A stretch of 64,000 bases of DNA, taken from SAR324 cluster bacterium. GTDB lineage: Bacteria > SAR324 > XYD2-FULL-50-16. Position numbers and translations under genes: made by a program. The notes beneath the pieces were generated by a model. The model was not told where the DNA came from, did not search any database, and saw only the letters and a list, made by a program, of their open reading frames with translations. Of the stretch, positions 47,428 to 58,300 are shown piece after piece; the stretch's first letter is position 1, and the number at the start of each line of letters is the position of its first letter. Location of the stretch: the NCBI GenBank assembly GCA_028282885.1, contig JANQGX010000059.1, positions 64,906 through 128,905 on the forward strand, given 5' to 3'.

Positions 47428-49143
47428 TTAAAAATGGCCTGCTGAAAATCTTCGGTTCAGCCGATTACGGATATGGATGGAAACGGCATTCATCACTGCC
47501 ACCAAGGTAATCAGCAACAGTGTGGTGACAAAAACCATGGGCTTGCCGGCTTCAGCATTGCGTGATTGGAATCCGACATCGAAAATATGAAATCCCAGGT
47601 GCATGAAACTCCGTTCCAGATGCACGAAGGGGAAGTAGCCGTCAAAGGGTAGTTCCGGGGCCATTTTGACAACACCAACCAACATCAGGGGGGCAACTTC
47701 TCCCGCTCCCCTGGCCATTGCCAGAATCAATCCCGTCAAAATTCCGGGTAAGGCTTTGGGAATCACAATGTTTTTGATGGTCTGCCATTTAGAGGCGCCA
47801 CAGGCAAGTGATCCTTCCCTGAGGGACTGCGGCACTGCCGCCAGAGCCTCTTCAGTGGCGACGATTACTACCGGGACTGTCAAGAGAGCCAGCGTCAACG
47901 AGGCCCAGAGCAAACCGCCTGTTCCGAAGGTCGGGTTAGGCAGTTTTTCCGGATAGAACAGTGTATCGATTGAACCACCGATGGTGTAAGCAAAAAAGCC
48001 AAGTCCAAATACGCCATACACGATTGATGGGACACCGGCCAGATTGTTGACACTGATCCTTACAACCGAGACCAGATGACCCTGTTTTGCGTATTCTCTC
48101 AGGTACAAAGCCGCCACTACGCCAAATGGAGCTACAGCCATGACCAGAAGCAGGGTCATGGTCAGGGTTCCGAAAATGGCCGGCATAACACCACCTTCGG
48201 TATTGGCTTCCCTGGGTTCGGCGGTAAGGAATTCCAACCATCTGGAGAAGTAAACACCCAGCTTATCCAGCAGGGATAACTGATTAGCAGCATAGAAACG
48301 TACAATTTCAGAAAGCAGCAGGGTTTTTTTCTGTCCGCCGATCTCCTTGAGGGTGAGTTTGAACTGACTGTTTTCCTGCTTCAGGTTTTCAGCTTCATCC
48401 TGCAGTTTTTTGTATTTTGCCATCAAGGTTTCGGTCTTTTCCTGGTAGGCTTGTTTGGCCTCCCGATAAGGATCAGAATCGACGCCTTCTGCCAGCTCAA
48501 CTCTTTTTAGCTCAAGTCTTTCTTCTTCAAGAGAATGGTTGATATCGCTGATTTTTTTCTTCTCAATAACACCGATCTTTTGTCGACGTTCCACAGCCTT
48601 TTCATGCTCACTTTCCAATCGATCCGCCAGATTCTCGGGGCGGATGTCCGTCCGTCCTCCCAATTCGACTTTTTCGATAAAACCGATGAATGGTCCCCAC
48701 TCTACCCGTTCAAAATAGTAGATGTTTTCAGGGTTTGTTCTTTCCCTGATATTAAACTCGTCAACCCACTTAAAATCTTCGTTATACAGGTCGTAATTTC
48801 CGGTCTTGAAAAGTGTTCTTTCGGCAACTCCTTTGTTCCGGCGGATTTTTTCTTTCCACTCCGTATTCACGGTTTTCAGAATATCGTCCGAAGGTCTGTA
48901 TGACTCTGATCGGCGAATTTCACCTGCGATCATACTCCCGTCATTGAGAATGATCTGTTCGATTCCCCCGGGATAAAAAGTAATGATTCCGTTCCAGACA
49001 ACCAGTATCAAAAAGGCGATGATCATCAGAACACCCAGGGCCAGTGTTCCTCCCATGGTCCAGAGAGCAGGTTCTCCCCTGGCAGCCATGCTGGTGTTTT
49101 TGAAAGATTCGCCGGATTTAACCGGCTTTTTCAAGAGGTTCAT
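47428..49143 (-). CDS. pstA: Phosphate ABC transporter permease PstA, long form with an about 290-aa N-terminal extension (one TM plus a coiled-coil/periplasmic domain)
   Basis: The C-terminal about 280 aa form a BPD_transp_1 permease with an EAA-like loop (...AMARGAGEVAPL...). The N-terminal extension has one TM (LALGVLMIIAFLILVVW) and a charged coiled coil. Confidence 0.82.
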   Translation of the reverse strand: MNLLKKPVKSGESFKNTSMAARGEPALWTMGGTLALGVLMIIAFLILVVWNGIITFYPGGIEQIILNDGSMIAGEIRRSESYRPSDDILKTVNTEWKEKIRRNKGVAERTLFKTGNYDLYNEDFKWVDEFNIRERTNPENIYYFERVEWGPFIGFIEKVELGGRTDIRPENLADRLESEHEKAVERRQKIGVIEKKKISDINHSLEEERLELKRVELAEGVDSDPYREAKQAYQEKTETLMAKYKKLQDEAENLKQENSQFKLTLKEIGGQKKTLLLSEIVRFYAANQLSLLDKLGVYFSRWLEFLTAEPREANTEGGVMPAIFGTLTMTLLLVMAVAPFGVVAALYLREYAKQGHLVSVVRISVNNLAGVPSIVYGVFGLGFFAYTIGGSIDTLFYPEKLPNPTFGTGGLLWASLTLALLTVPVVIVATEEALAAVPQSLREGSLACGASKWQTIKNIVIPKALPGILTGLILAMARGAGEVAPLMLVGVVKMAPELPFDGYFPFVHLERSFMHLGFHIFDVGFQSRNAEAGKPMVFVTTLLLITLVAVMNAVSIHIRNRLNRRFSAGHF

Positions 49144-49153
49144 ATTTCAACTC

Positions 49154-51778
49154 TTAAAGCTGCATTGTCTTTTTACGGAAGCGAAGCCTGACGATTTCAG
49201 CAACCGTGTTAATGATAAAGGTCATTGCGAAGAGAACCAGTCCCGACAGGAATAAAACCCTGTAAAGCGTTCCGTCTTTTACGGCTTCCGGAAGCTCAAC
49301 CGCGATGGTTGCAGAAAGAGCACGCAAACCGTTGAAGATGTTCCAGTCCATCAAGGGAGTGTTACCTGCTGCCATTACAACAATCATGGTTTCGCCGACA
49401 GCTCTCCCCATTCCTACCATAATTGCTGAGAATACCCCGCTCACTGCAGCCGGCAGAATCACATAAATTGCCGTCTGCCATTGTGTAGCACCGCAACCCA
49501 GGCTGGCAGCCCTGAGATGATCCGGAACCGCATGGAGAGCATCTTCGGCGATGGTATAGATAATCGGGATAACCGCAAATCCCATGGCGAATCCAACCAC
49601 CAGGGTGTTTCGCTGCACATAAGTGTCAATAACACCACCCCGGGCATCAATACCAAAAAATGAAAACAGCACCGCCAGCTCATAGGCAAAAAATATGGAC
49701 AGTCCGGCAATAACCAACCAGTAAAGGGCATCAAATCCATATATATAGAGACGGGGTGAATCGGGTGAAGGCTTACTGAGATAATTCTTGAACAACCAGC
49801 CCACCAGTGTTGCGACAGCCATAAAGACAATGGGTAGCAGAACCAGGAATATAAAGGGCTCGGCGGTTCCGAAATCGCGATTCAGCCAGGCTTTGAAATT
49901 GCCTTCAAACAACAGGTCTTCCAGCCAGGGGCCGATCAAACGGGTGACAACCAGGGCAATCATTACAACAACGAACATCAGTCCCAGTTTTTGGGCGTTT
50001 TGCCACCTGATCATCAGATGTTGAGGAAGCAACTGCCAAAGGAAGGATCCGATCAGGAGTGCCAGTGGAATGGCCACAAATGCGGCCAAAACAGCCGTTA
50101 TCCAAGTTTCAACGATCGGTGCCAGAACCAGGGCCGCTACAAAACCCAGAACAACGGAAGGGAGTGACGCCATCATTTCCATTGCCGGTTTAATAGTATT
50201 CCGGAACCGGTAATCGACAAACTCTGAAGTGTAGATGGCCCCCAATATGGCAATGGGTACTGCAAAGAGCAGGGAATACAAAGCAGCCTTGATGGAACCA
50301 AAGATAAGCGGTATCAGGGATAGTTTTTGCTCGTAATCATCGGTTGCTGCAGAAGATTGCCAGGTATAGGTTGGCTCTTCATACCCTTCGTACCAGACTT
50401 TTTTGAAGAGGGTGAAAAAGGTCGTTTCAGGGTGAGGTACGGAAAACTCGGTAAATCGGATCAGCCCGTCTTCATATATGGTCAACAAACCGTCAAATCT
50501 GGGCGAGAGAACAATCTCCGCCAGCTTTTTATCTTCCCTGGCCTTGAACTCCAGAAGTCTCTTTTGGCTGGTAGCATGGATGACAGAGGCGCTTCCGTCT
50601 TCGTACCGGACCGCAAAACTTTTTCCCCGGGTAGAGGGGGTGAAGTCTGATACCACTGCATCGGGAATTCCGTAACTTCTTGACTTGACCAGCGCTTTAC
50701 CATCGGCGGTTCCTCTCTTTTTATCATTGATAACGAAAAAGATATCAAGGGCAGCATTTGACCCCGAAACGACAATGGACTGGCTTCCATTGAGAAAACC
50801 CAGGCTGGTCATTTTCGTTCCCGGTGCTAACAGCGGGGATACTTCTGCCAGGATCGGAGCCGCAAAATCGCTTGTTTCATAACGGTAGGCCCTGCCATCT
50901 TCGGTAACAATCAACACCATATCGGCGCGATCCGTCATTAATACGGAGTGAATTCTGCTTTTGTTTTCCAATGTGGGGAGTTCCGAGTTTTGAATAGTTT
51001 GTTTTTTCTGTCCTGTCAGGAGATTGAACTTTGTTTTGATTCGATTCAGTTTGGCTTTGCCGCTTTTATCCACAGTTACGAACGCCTTGGTTTTACGCTC
51101 GGCCTCACCGCTGACTCGGTAGTCGATAGCGATAATGGATTCATCGCTCTCACTGACCTTAATGGGCTGGTCAACGGACAGGTTTAGCGAAATTTTTCTG
51201 AATTGTCCGTCCGGGATCTTGGTATAAATCACATTCCCGGCCCTGGAATCAACATCGTCCAGGGTGATAATGTTTTCGGGCACCTGGTCGGAGGTAAGGA
51301 TTTCATAAGGGAAAGTGATTTCAGCCAATTGCACGGTTCCGTCTTCAAATCCAAAGGCAAAGTGTTGTCGGTCAATAGTAGCCGAAAAGGATTTTATCGC
51401 GCTGCTGACCAGATCCATTTTATATTGTTCGATCAAAGTACCTGTTCGTGTGTGAAACAGGTACAGGGAACCATCGTCCAGAATCAGGTAAGAGATGGTT
51501 TTGTATTCATCCATACCGGCACTGATAATGCCTCCTTCAGGAAGTTCCTGCTGGTATTCTGACGAAGAAGTTATTTCACCGGCTTGAAAGAGGGGCAGGG
51601 TCTCTTTTACCAGGTAGATCAGGATGCCCAGTACGGCAATAATCACCAGGATTCCCCCAATAGTAATGACCCGGTCGGCAATGCGATCAATAATGATAAC
51701 CGACTTTCTCACTTTTTGTTCGGTTTTCCGCACAGTAGCCTGACCGCTGGATGGCGTATTATCGGAGATGTGATTCAT
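49154..51778 (-). CDS. pstC: Phosphate ABC transporter permease PstC, long form with an about 560-aa N-terminal periplasmic extension
   Basis: The C-terminal about 310 aa are a PstC-type permease (...GFVAALVLAPIV...MVGMGRAVGETMIVVMAAGN...). The N-terminal region is one TM plus a large extracytoplasmic domain. Confidence 0.82.
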   Translation of the reverse strand: MNHISDNTPSSGQATVRKTEQKVRKSVIIIDRIADRVITIGGILVIIAVLGILIYLVKETLPLFQAGEITSSSEYQQELPEGGIISAGMDEYKTISYLILDDGSLYLFHTRTGTLIEQYKMDLVSSAIKSFSATIDRQHFAFGFEDGTVQLAEITFPYEILTSDQVPENIITLDDVDSRAGNVIYTKIPDGQFRKISLNLSVDQPIKVSESDESIIAIDYRVSGEAERKTKAFVTVDKSGKAKLNRIKTKFNLLTGQKKQTIQNSELPTLENKSRIHSVLMTDRADMVLIVTEDGRAYRYETSDFAAPILAEVSPLLAPGTKMTSLGFLNGSQSIVVSGSNAALDIFFVINDKKRGTADGKALVKSRSYGIPDAVVSDFTPSTRGKSFAVRYEDGSASVIHATSQKRLLEFKAREDKKLAEIVLSPRFDGLLTIYEDGLIRFTEFSVPHPETTFFTLFKKVWYEGYEEPTYTWQSSAATDDYEQKLSLIPLIFGSIKAALYSLLFAVPIAILGAIYTSEFVDYRFRNTIKPAMEMMASLPSVVLGFVAALVLAPIVETWITAVLAAFVAIPLALLIGSFLWQLLPQHLMIRWQNAQKLGLMFVVVMIALVVTRLIGPWLEDLLFEGNFKAWLNRDFGTAEPFIFLVLLPIVFMAVATLVGWLFKNYLSKPSPDSPRLYIYGFDALYWLVIAGLSIFFAYELAVLFSFFGIDARGGVIDTYVQRNTLVVGFAMGFAVIPIIYTIAEDALHAVPDHLRAASLGCGATQWQTAIYVILPAAVSGVFSAIMVGMGRAVGETMIVVMAAGNTPLMDWNIFNGLRALSATIAVELPEAVKDGTLYRVLFLSGLVLFAMTFIINTVAEIVRLRFRKKTMQL

Positions 51779-51957
51779 TGATTTCTTGGGCTTGATAGTT
51801 GAGTCGGGAGAGTCGGTTCGTATTGAAACGGACCGCGTTGATCAATTGTTTCTTATAAGAAAGGTAGACTGCACCGATCTTGAGATCAAAACAGGGAAAA
51901 ATATGGGGGGCTGATTCCCACGGGAGCCCCCATATTTTATACGAGGTGTTTTGAAAC

Positions 51958-52941
51958 CTATCGGATATCCAGGGCACTCTTATCTTGGTTAGCCAACATG
52001 TTGGAAACAGGATAAAAACCGTCCTTGATAACGATTCTCTGACCTTGCTTGGAAAGCACGAACTTGACGAACTCAGATCTCAGAGGCTCCAGGTTCACGT
52101 TTGGATTCTTGTTTAAATATACATAGAGGAATCGAGCCAGGGGATAATCACCACTATAAGCGTTGTCAGCATTGGCGTCATAAGCCATTTCACCAGCGTC
52201 TACTGAAAGAGGAACGGTTCTGACATCAGCAGTTTTGTAGCCAACTCCGGAGTACCCAATGGCATATTTATCTGTTGCTACACCTTGAACGACCGCTGAT
52301 GATCCGGGCTGTTCCTTAACAGTGTCTTTATAGTCACCTTTGAAGAGAGCGACTTTCTTGAAATATCCGTAGGTACCGGAAGCTGAGTTACGACCGTACA
52401 GAGAGATCGGCTTGTTGGCCCATTCGCCGGTCAATCCGATATCACCCCAAGTTTTGATATTCTTGGCGTATCCACCTTTTCTGTTTTTTGAGAAGATAGC
52501 ATCCAGTTGTTTCAGGGTAAGGTTTTTGATGGGGTTGTCCTTGTGAACAAAAACCGCCAGAGCGTCAACAGCTACACGAACCTTGGCAGGCTTGTAACCG
52601 AACTTCTTTTCAAAAGCGTCAACTTCCTTGGACTTCATTTGCCTGGACATGGGGCCAAACTGGGATGTGCTTTGAATCAGAGACGGGGGAGCTGTTGATG
52701 ATCCTTTTCCTTCAATCTCAACTTTAACACTGGGGTATAGAGCCCTAAAGCCTTCAAACCAGAAAGTCATCAGGTTGTTCAGGGTATCGGAACCGATTGA
52801 CTTCACACTTCCGGAAACACCACTTGTTTTTTTGTAAACCGGAAGAGCCGAGTCAACTTCCAGGGCCATACTTTGAGTTACAGCAAGAAAACCGGAAACC
52901 AAAAGCATCAGGATAATCTTAGTAAATCGACCTGCTTTCAT
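51958..52941 (-). CDS. pstS: Phosphate-binding protein PstS
   Basis: Signal peptide (IILMLLVSGFLAVTQSMA) plus a PBP fold with a PstS-like Ser/Thr-rich binding loop (GKGSSTAPP...SRQMK). The start was set at MKAGRF, where a GGAGG RBS sits 9 nt upstream; the ORF extends to 53010. Confidence 0.85.
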   Translation of the reverse strand: MKAGRFTKIILMLLVSGFLAVTQSMALEVDSALPVYKKTSGVSGSVKSIGSDTLNNLMTFWFEGFRALYPSVKVEIEGKGSSTAPPSLIQSTSQFGPMSRQMKSKEVDAFEKKFGYKPAKVRVAVDALAVFVHKDNPIKNLTLKQLDAIFSKNRKGGYAKNIKTWGDIGLTGEWANKPISLYGRNSASGTYGYFKKVALFKGDYKDTVKEQPGSSAVVQGVATDKYAIGYSGVGYKTADVRTVPLSVDAGEMAYDANADNAYSGDYPLARFLYVYLNKNPNVNLEPLRSEFVKFVLSKQGQRIVIKDGFYPVSNMLANQDKSALDIR

Positions 52942-53167
52942 TTTAAAAACCTCCAAAAATTTATTCCTGTTGGACCTGGATCCTGATACCAATTTAGTTC
53001 CCTTTTGCATTTTAAGGGATAAGGATACCTGAACCAGGTTAAAACGATGAAAGAAAATGAGATCTCATTTTCAGTTTGGATTATTAGCATTCTGTTAGGA
53101 GCGGGTTAAGTCTTGATTAACCTTAAATCCGACACCATGTACTACAAATCTGATTATTAATGCTGTT

Positions 53168-53250
53168 TGTTAGTTTGTCGTTAATCGTATGTTAATATTC
53201 CACTAACCTTCTGCTAGGAAATTGTGTGAATTATGTTAGATTTTTGTTAG
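53168..53250 (-). promoter_or_regulatory. Phased array of TGTTAG/TGTTAA-type hexamers (minus strand CTAACA/TTAACA) at exact 11-bp periodicity: a candidate PhoB (Pho box) operator upstream of pstS
   Basis: Hexamers start at 53168, 53179, 53190, 53212 (tgctag), 53223 (tgtgtg), 53234 and 53245. All are in one 11-bp register. They lie 220-310 nt upstream of the pstS ATG, on the same strand orientation as the pst operon. Confidence 0.5.
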
Positions 53251-53639
53251 TTTACTAATTTTTAATAACAAACCCAAAAATGACGAGGGATTACAAGCCG
53301 GTAACCGCTGATATGTTTAATCGGCCTGAATAATATCACTAAATGGTGCTTTAACACGGTTCCTGGTTTACTTCCGAAGGGCATCTGAAAACGCTCTCGC
53401 TTTCCGGCTTTTAGGATTTCCACAAGTGGTGAAGCAGAGTCACTACTGTTTGATATAATACTGAAGGCATTTACTTTTTCGGGATTGGCGAAAACACTCC
53501 GGCCATCACTTTTACAGTTGTGTGGGCATGAACCCGGGAAGTTCTCCCATTACGCGGATGCCTGCATTCTGATGATAAAATGTGAGGTTGTCCGGCGCGC
53601 GAGACCCCGTTTGCGAACGGGAAGATAACACGTAAGGGC

Positions 53640-53675
53640 AAAAAAAGCGGATGTTATAGGCATCCGCTTTTTTTA
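53640..53675. terminator. Bidirectional rho-independent terminator (8-bp GC-rich stem, 7-nt loop, A7 on one side and T8 on the other)
   Basis: aaaaaaa-GCGGATG-ttatagg-CATCCGC-ttttttt. It lies 55 nt downstream of the stop of the triple-repeat lipoprotein gene (minus strand) and insulates it from the pst promoter region. Confidence 0.65.
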
Positions 53676-53730
53676 GAAGGGGGGATAATCGGCCTGGTAG
53701 TAAGCCGGGAGAGGAGAGACTTGTCGGCGT

Positions 53731-54552
53731 CTAACCCTGTTCGTAACGTTGCTTCAATGTTTCAGCAAGGTCTTTGTTCTTTTTGTCAACTTCAAAGATC
53801 ACTGTTTCACCATTGGGGCCTGCTCCCAGAACGGTTCTGGTGTATGGCAGGTGTCCGGTTTTGGCGAAAGACTTGTTTGTTTTGGTGTTACCGATCACGT
53901 AGATTCTGTTTCTGAGCTTCCAGACAAAATAGCTGTCTCCGTCGGCCTGCAGCAGAACCGGTGTTCCTTCATAGCGTTCCTTCAGTTGCTCGGCGAATTC
54001 CGGCTTCTTTTTGTTGACCTCAAAGATGACCGTTTCACCAAAGGGACCGGCGCCCAGAACTGTTTTGGTGTAGGGGAGATGATGCAGGGTTTTGAAAGAC
54101 TCGTTTGTTTTCGGATTTCCGATAACGTAGATTCTTCCCTTGTATTTCCACACATTATAATTATTCCCTTTTGATTCGATCAGAAAGGGATTGTTTTCAA
54201 AACGCTGCTTCAAACCTTCAGCGAATTCCGGCTTCTTCTTGTTGACTTCAAAGATTACCGTTTCACCATTGGGGCCTGCTCCAAGGATCGTCCGGGTATA
54301 AGGGAGATGATGCTGGGTTTCAAAGTCGGCACTGGTTTTGGGATTACCGATGACGAAGATCCTGTTGTCATATTTCCAGACAAAATAGTTATTGTCCTGG
54401 GAATCCAGTAGTACCGGTTTTTTCTCAACCTGGGCAGCCACAGGCTGGGCTGCGTCTGGCGTTTTGCTGGGGGCGCTGGCCTGCTTTGCACTATTGGAAC
54501 ATCCAAACAGCATGATCGCTGCAAGGGTGTAAACAGTCATTCTAAACTTCAT
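53731..54552 (-). CDS. Lipoprotein with three tandem about 75-aa repeats of unknown function
   Basis: Signal peptide plus lipobox (AAIMLFGCSN). Three copies of NNY.VWKY..RI(F/Y)VIGN.KT...F...HHLPYT.T.LGAGP.GETVIFEV.KKKPEFAE.LK.R(F/Y)E. Confidence 0.6.
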   Translation of the reverse strand: MKFRMTVYTLAAIMLFGCSNSAKQASAPSKTPDAAQPVAAQVEKKPVLLDSQDNNYFVWKYDNRIFVIGNPKTSADFETQHHLPYTRTILGAGPNGETVIFEVNKKKPEFAEGLKQRFENNPFLIESKGNNYNVWKYKGRIYVIGNPKTNESFKTLHHLPYTKTVLGAGPFGETVIFEVNKKKPEFAEQLKERYEGTPVLLQADGDSYFVWKLRNRIYVIGNTKTNKSFAKTGHLPYTRTVLGAGPNGETVIFEVDKKNKDLAETLKQRYEQG

Positions 54553-55326
54553 AGTAACTCCTGATCATTTTTTGGAATTGAAGGGTTCAAGAACAGTCAG
54601 GCGGGCAATGGGCTACCATCGCCGGGTCATCTGCAGAACGCCTGTCTTAAGTATTAAGTACAGTCTTAAATTAAAAGCGATTTATTAGAAAATTATTAAT
54701 GTGTTGTTAGAAGAGTGTTCAAGCGGGGTGGCGAAGAGCTCTAACATAACCCTAATAATCCTTGCTGAATTAAAGAGAATGAAAGGGTGTATCAATTGGC
54801 TTGAAAGCCATTAAAATGCAGTGCCTTGCATGGGATATAACTCCTGGGTCATGATCAGATCCATTCAACTAAAAGTGCTGGGTTCATCTGTCCGAATTAT
54901 TGTTTGGTAAATTTTCGCGTATAGAAATGATCATCAATGCTGACAAGGTTTTCTGGAAAGAATATAAGTCTTTCAACTAATTCTAATTCATCCGGGGATC
55001 TCTTTTCTACGGGACTGCCAAATGAAGTGCCAGACTTATTAAAAGCAAACTCTGGAGAATCTGATCAAACCCCAGTATTGTTTTTCCGTGTTCCTGTCCA
55101 AACAGCTTGACACACAAAAGCCAAGTTCATATCATTTCATCATCAAATCCACAGAACTGGTTCGCTCTGTATGTCCCGATATTGTGGCTGCAGTCCCTAG
55201 TCGCCTTCCCAATATCTTCGTCCTTGGCGACCCTCCCCCTAATTTTTTCTGACTTGATTTCAGGAAGCGTATCGCTATCAAACAAATTGATCCATAAAGC
55301 AGTCCTTCGGAAACCACGGGTTATCT

Positions 55327-58300
55327 ATGAGAAATATGTTTTTGCTTCTTTGTATTTTCTGTTTATTTCACGTTGTACAGCCTGCGCTAAGTGCCCAGCG
55401 ATTTGAAGCAGCATTTCGATATTTAACGGTTGATGACGGACTTCCCACGAATACAGTTCTGGATATTGCCCAAGGCAAAAAAGGTTTCATGTGGTTCGCA
55501 ACCCATGCTGGCTTGGTCCGATACGATGGCCGATTGTTCAAGGTGTATCGTCATGACCCGGAAAATGTGAATAGCCCGAGTCACAACATAATCAACACAC
55601 TTGCCATAGATATGGATGGGAATATCTGGTTGGGAACCGGAAATGGTTTGAATATGCTTAACCCTGTGACAGAGACATTCCATCGGATCCCTTTTGTGGA
55701 TGTCAATGAAAATGAAAACGATGATCCTTCAATCGTGGATCTACTTGCGGATCAATCCGGCATCATCTGGCTCTTGACTGAAACAGGTCAGTTATGTCGG
55801 TACGATCCCCAAAAAAGACGCTTTTCCAAACGTCCATCCCAGTTGGTTAGCCAAAAAGGATTACTGACAAGAGGATTGCCAAGGAGCTTATATGAAGACA
55901 GTGAAGGTGATCTTTGGATTGCATCAGAGCAGGGGATGATCAGATTCAACAAGCGATCTGATCAAGTTTCATATGTCCTGAATACCAACAAACCTTCAAC
56001 TGTTCGGCCAGTTCCATTTACTATGATTGTTGAAGATAAGCAGGGTCGATTCTGGGGTTTGGGTGTTGACGCTATCAAACAATTTAACAAGCAATCCGGA
56101 GGCTTCGTTAAATCGGTCAAATTGAAAGACGAAAGCCATTTCAATCGTTTTATGTCATCAGTATCCAAGCTGGATGACCTCTATTGGTATATTTATCCGC
56201 CAAAGGGACTGATCGTTTTGAATCCGGAAACCTTTCAGCGGTATATTTTTAAAGTGGATATTCAAAACGAAAAAGCCCTGAAGGAAAAAGAAATAACCAA
56301 AGCTTATTACCAATCATCAAGTGGAATTGTTTGGGTTGCAACGTGGAATGGAGGACTTGCCCTGCTGGATCTTAAGAAAAAACCTTTTTATATGCATCGA
56401 AGGAGGCCCGATCAAAAAAACAGTCTAAGCAGCAGTAAAATCTCAGCATTTGCAGAAGCCCCAGGCACGAATCTTTGGGTTGGAACAAAGGGTGGCGGGT
56501 TGAATTATCTGGATCGCGCGCAAGGGAAATTTTCACACATACGCCTCAATACAGACAAAAATAGTGGTATGCCGGATGATGATATCACAGCTTTGCTGCT
56601 TGATTCGAAAAACGTTCTTTGGATTTGCACCCGGGTCGGTGGTCTTTGGGAGCTCGAGCCGAACTCCAACAGTATTCGCCATCACCCGATTCTTGAAGAT
56701 AAGGGTATTCAAAAACATTTGCCTGGCATCAAATATCATAAGAAAAGCCCGAAAAAAGAAAGGCATTTGTCAATACCACCACCCCACTATTCAAAGTTTT
56801 CCAGTCTATTAGAGGGCGAGCAAGGGATTTTATGGATTGGTGGCTGGACCGGTTTGGTTGCATATACACCTCTGCAGCGCCATTTTCAACTTTATGAACC
56901 CAAGATCACAGGAAACCATTGGGTCAGCACCCGAATTCTTGATGATGGTGAGGGTAAGCTCTGGTTTGGACTCTACCTGAATGGTCTTGCCAGCTTTGAT
57001 ATGAGTACACTTCAGTTCAAGCACTACTTCCATAAAACAGGAGAGCCCAATTCACTATCGAGTAACACGGTATTTGGAGTGGAAAAAGGAGATGACGGAC
57101 TGTTATGGATCGCGACAGATAAAGGTCTTCAGTCTTTCGACACTACCGCCAATGTGTTTTCAACCTATAACAAAAGCCAGGGACTTACCAACCTCACAAT
57201 AAGATCGATTATTAAAGATAAAGAAGGGAACCTTTGGTTAGGCACAAATTCAGCTCTCAGCAAATTCAACCCATTTGACAGACAGTTTATCAATTTTGAC
57301 CGCTCTGATGGACTCCATGGAAATGCTTTCAATGAAAATGCCGTCTTCAAAAGCCAGGATGGCGAATTATATTTTGGGGGTCAAACCGGTTTTAGCTATT
57401 TTTATCCAAGCGAGATCCATAAAAGCAATGATGAGCCAACCATTGTTATTACCAGTCTTACTCAGGCTGGAGAGCCGATACAGCAAAATATCACACCGAT
57501 ATATACTGATGAGATAACATTGACCTGGCCCAACAATTTTTTCGAATTTGAATTTGCTGCCTTGAATTTTCGGAACAGCTCCAGGAATCAATATGCCTAT
57601 CACCTGGAAGGACTGGATAAGACATGGTTTTACACGAAAAACAGTGGCCAGGGGAAATATGTTAACCTTCCCGGTGGTGATTACACTTTGAAGCTGAAAG
57701 CGAATAACAGCAACGGTATTTGGAGCCGCCGACCGATTTCCCTTAAAGTGCATGTGGTACCGCCCTTTTGGCAAACATGGAAATTCCGGCTTCTAATTCT
57801 GGCAGCAATAATAATAATCCTATCTGTCGTTTTTTATCTGAAGTATTATCAGTTTAAAGTAAAGCAGTTAAAGGCAACTGCTCAGGCTCAGTCGGAAAAG
57901 AACGAGGCTTTAAATAAAGCTAGGACGAACGCCGAGATTGCCAATAAAGCAAAAAGCGATTTCCTTGCCAATATGAGCCATGAAATTCGAACCCCAATGA
58001 ACTCAATTCTGGGATTTGCAGATCTGCTTTATGGTCAAATTGAAGATGTAAGGCACCGAAGCTATCTGGAGGCCATTCGTTCCGGTGGAAATGTATTGTT
58101 GACACTGATTAATGATATCCTCGATCTATCCAAAATTGAAGCGCGACAGACAGATATTTATTACCAGCCTTTAAGTCTAAAAAAAGTTTTTGACGAATTA
58201 GCAAACGTATTCTCCCTGAAACTATCTCAAAAGAACTTGAGGTTCACTTTTGAAATATCTGATCATCTCCCAGATATTCTCTTGTTGGATGGAGCTCGAT

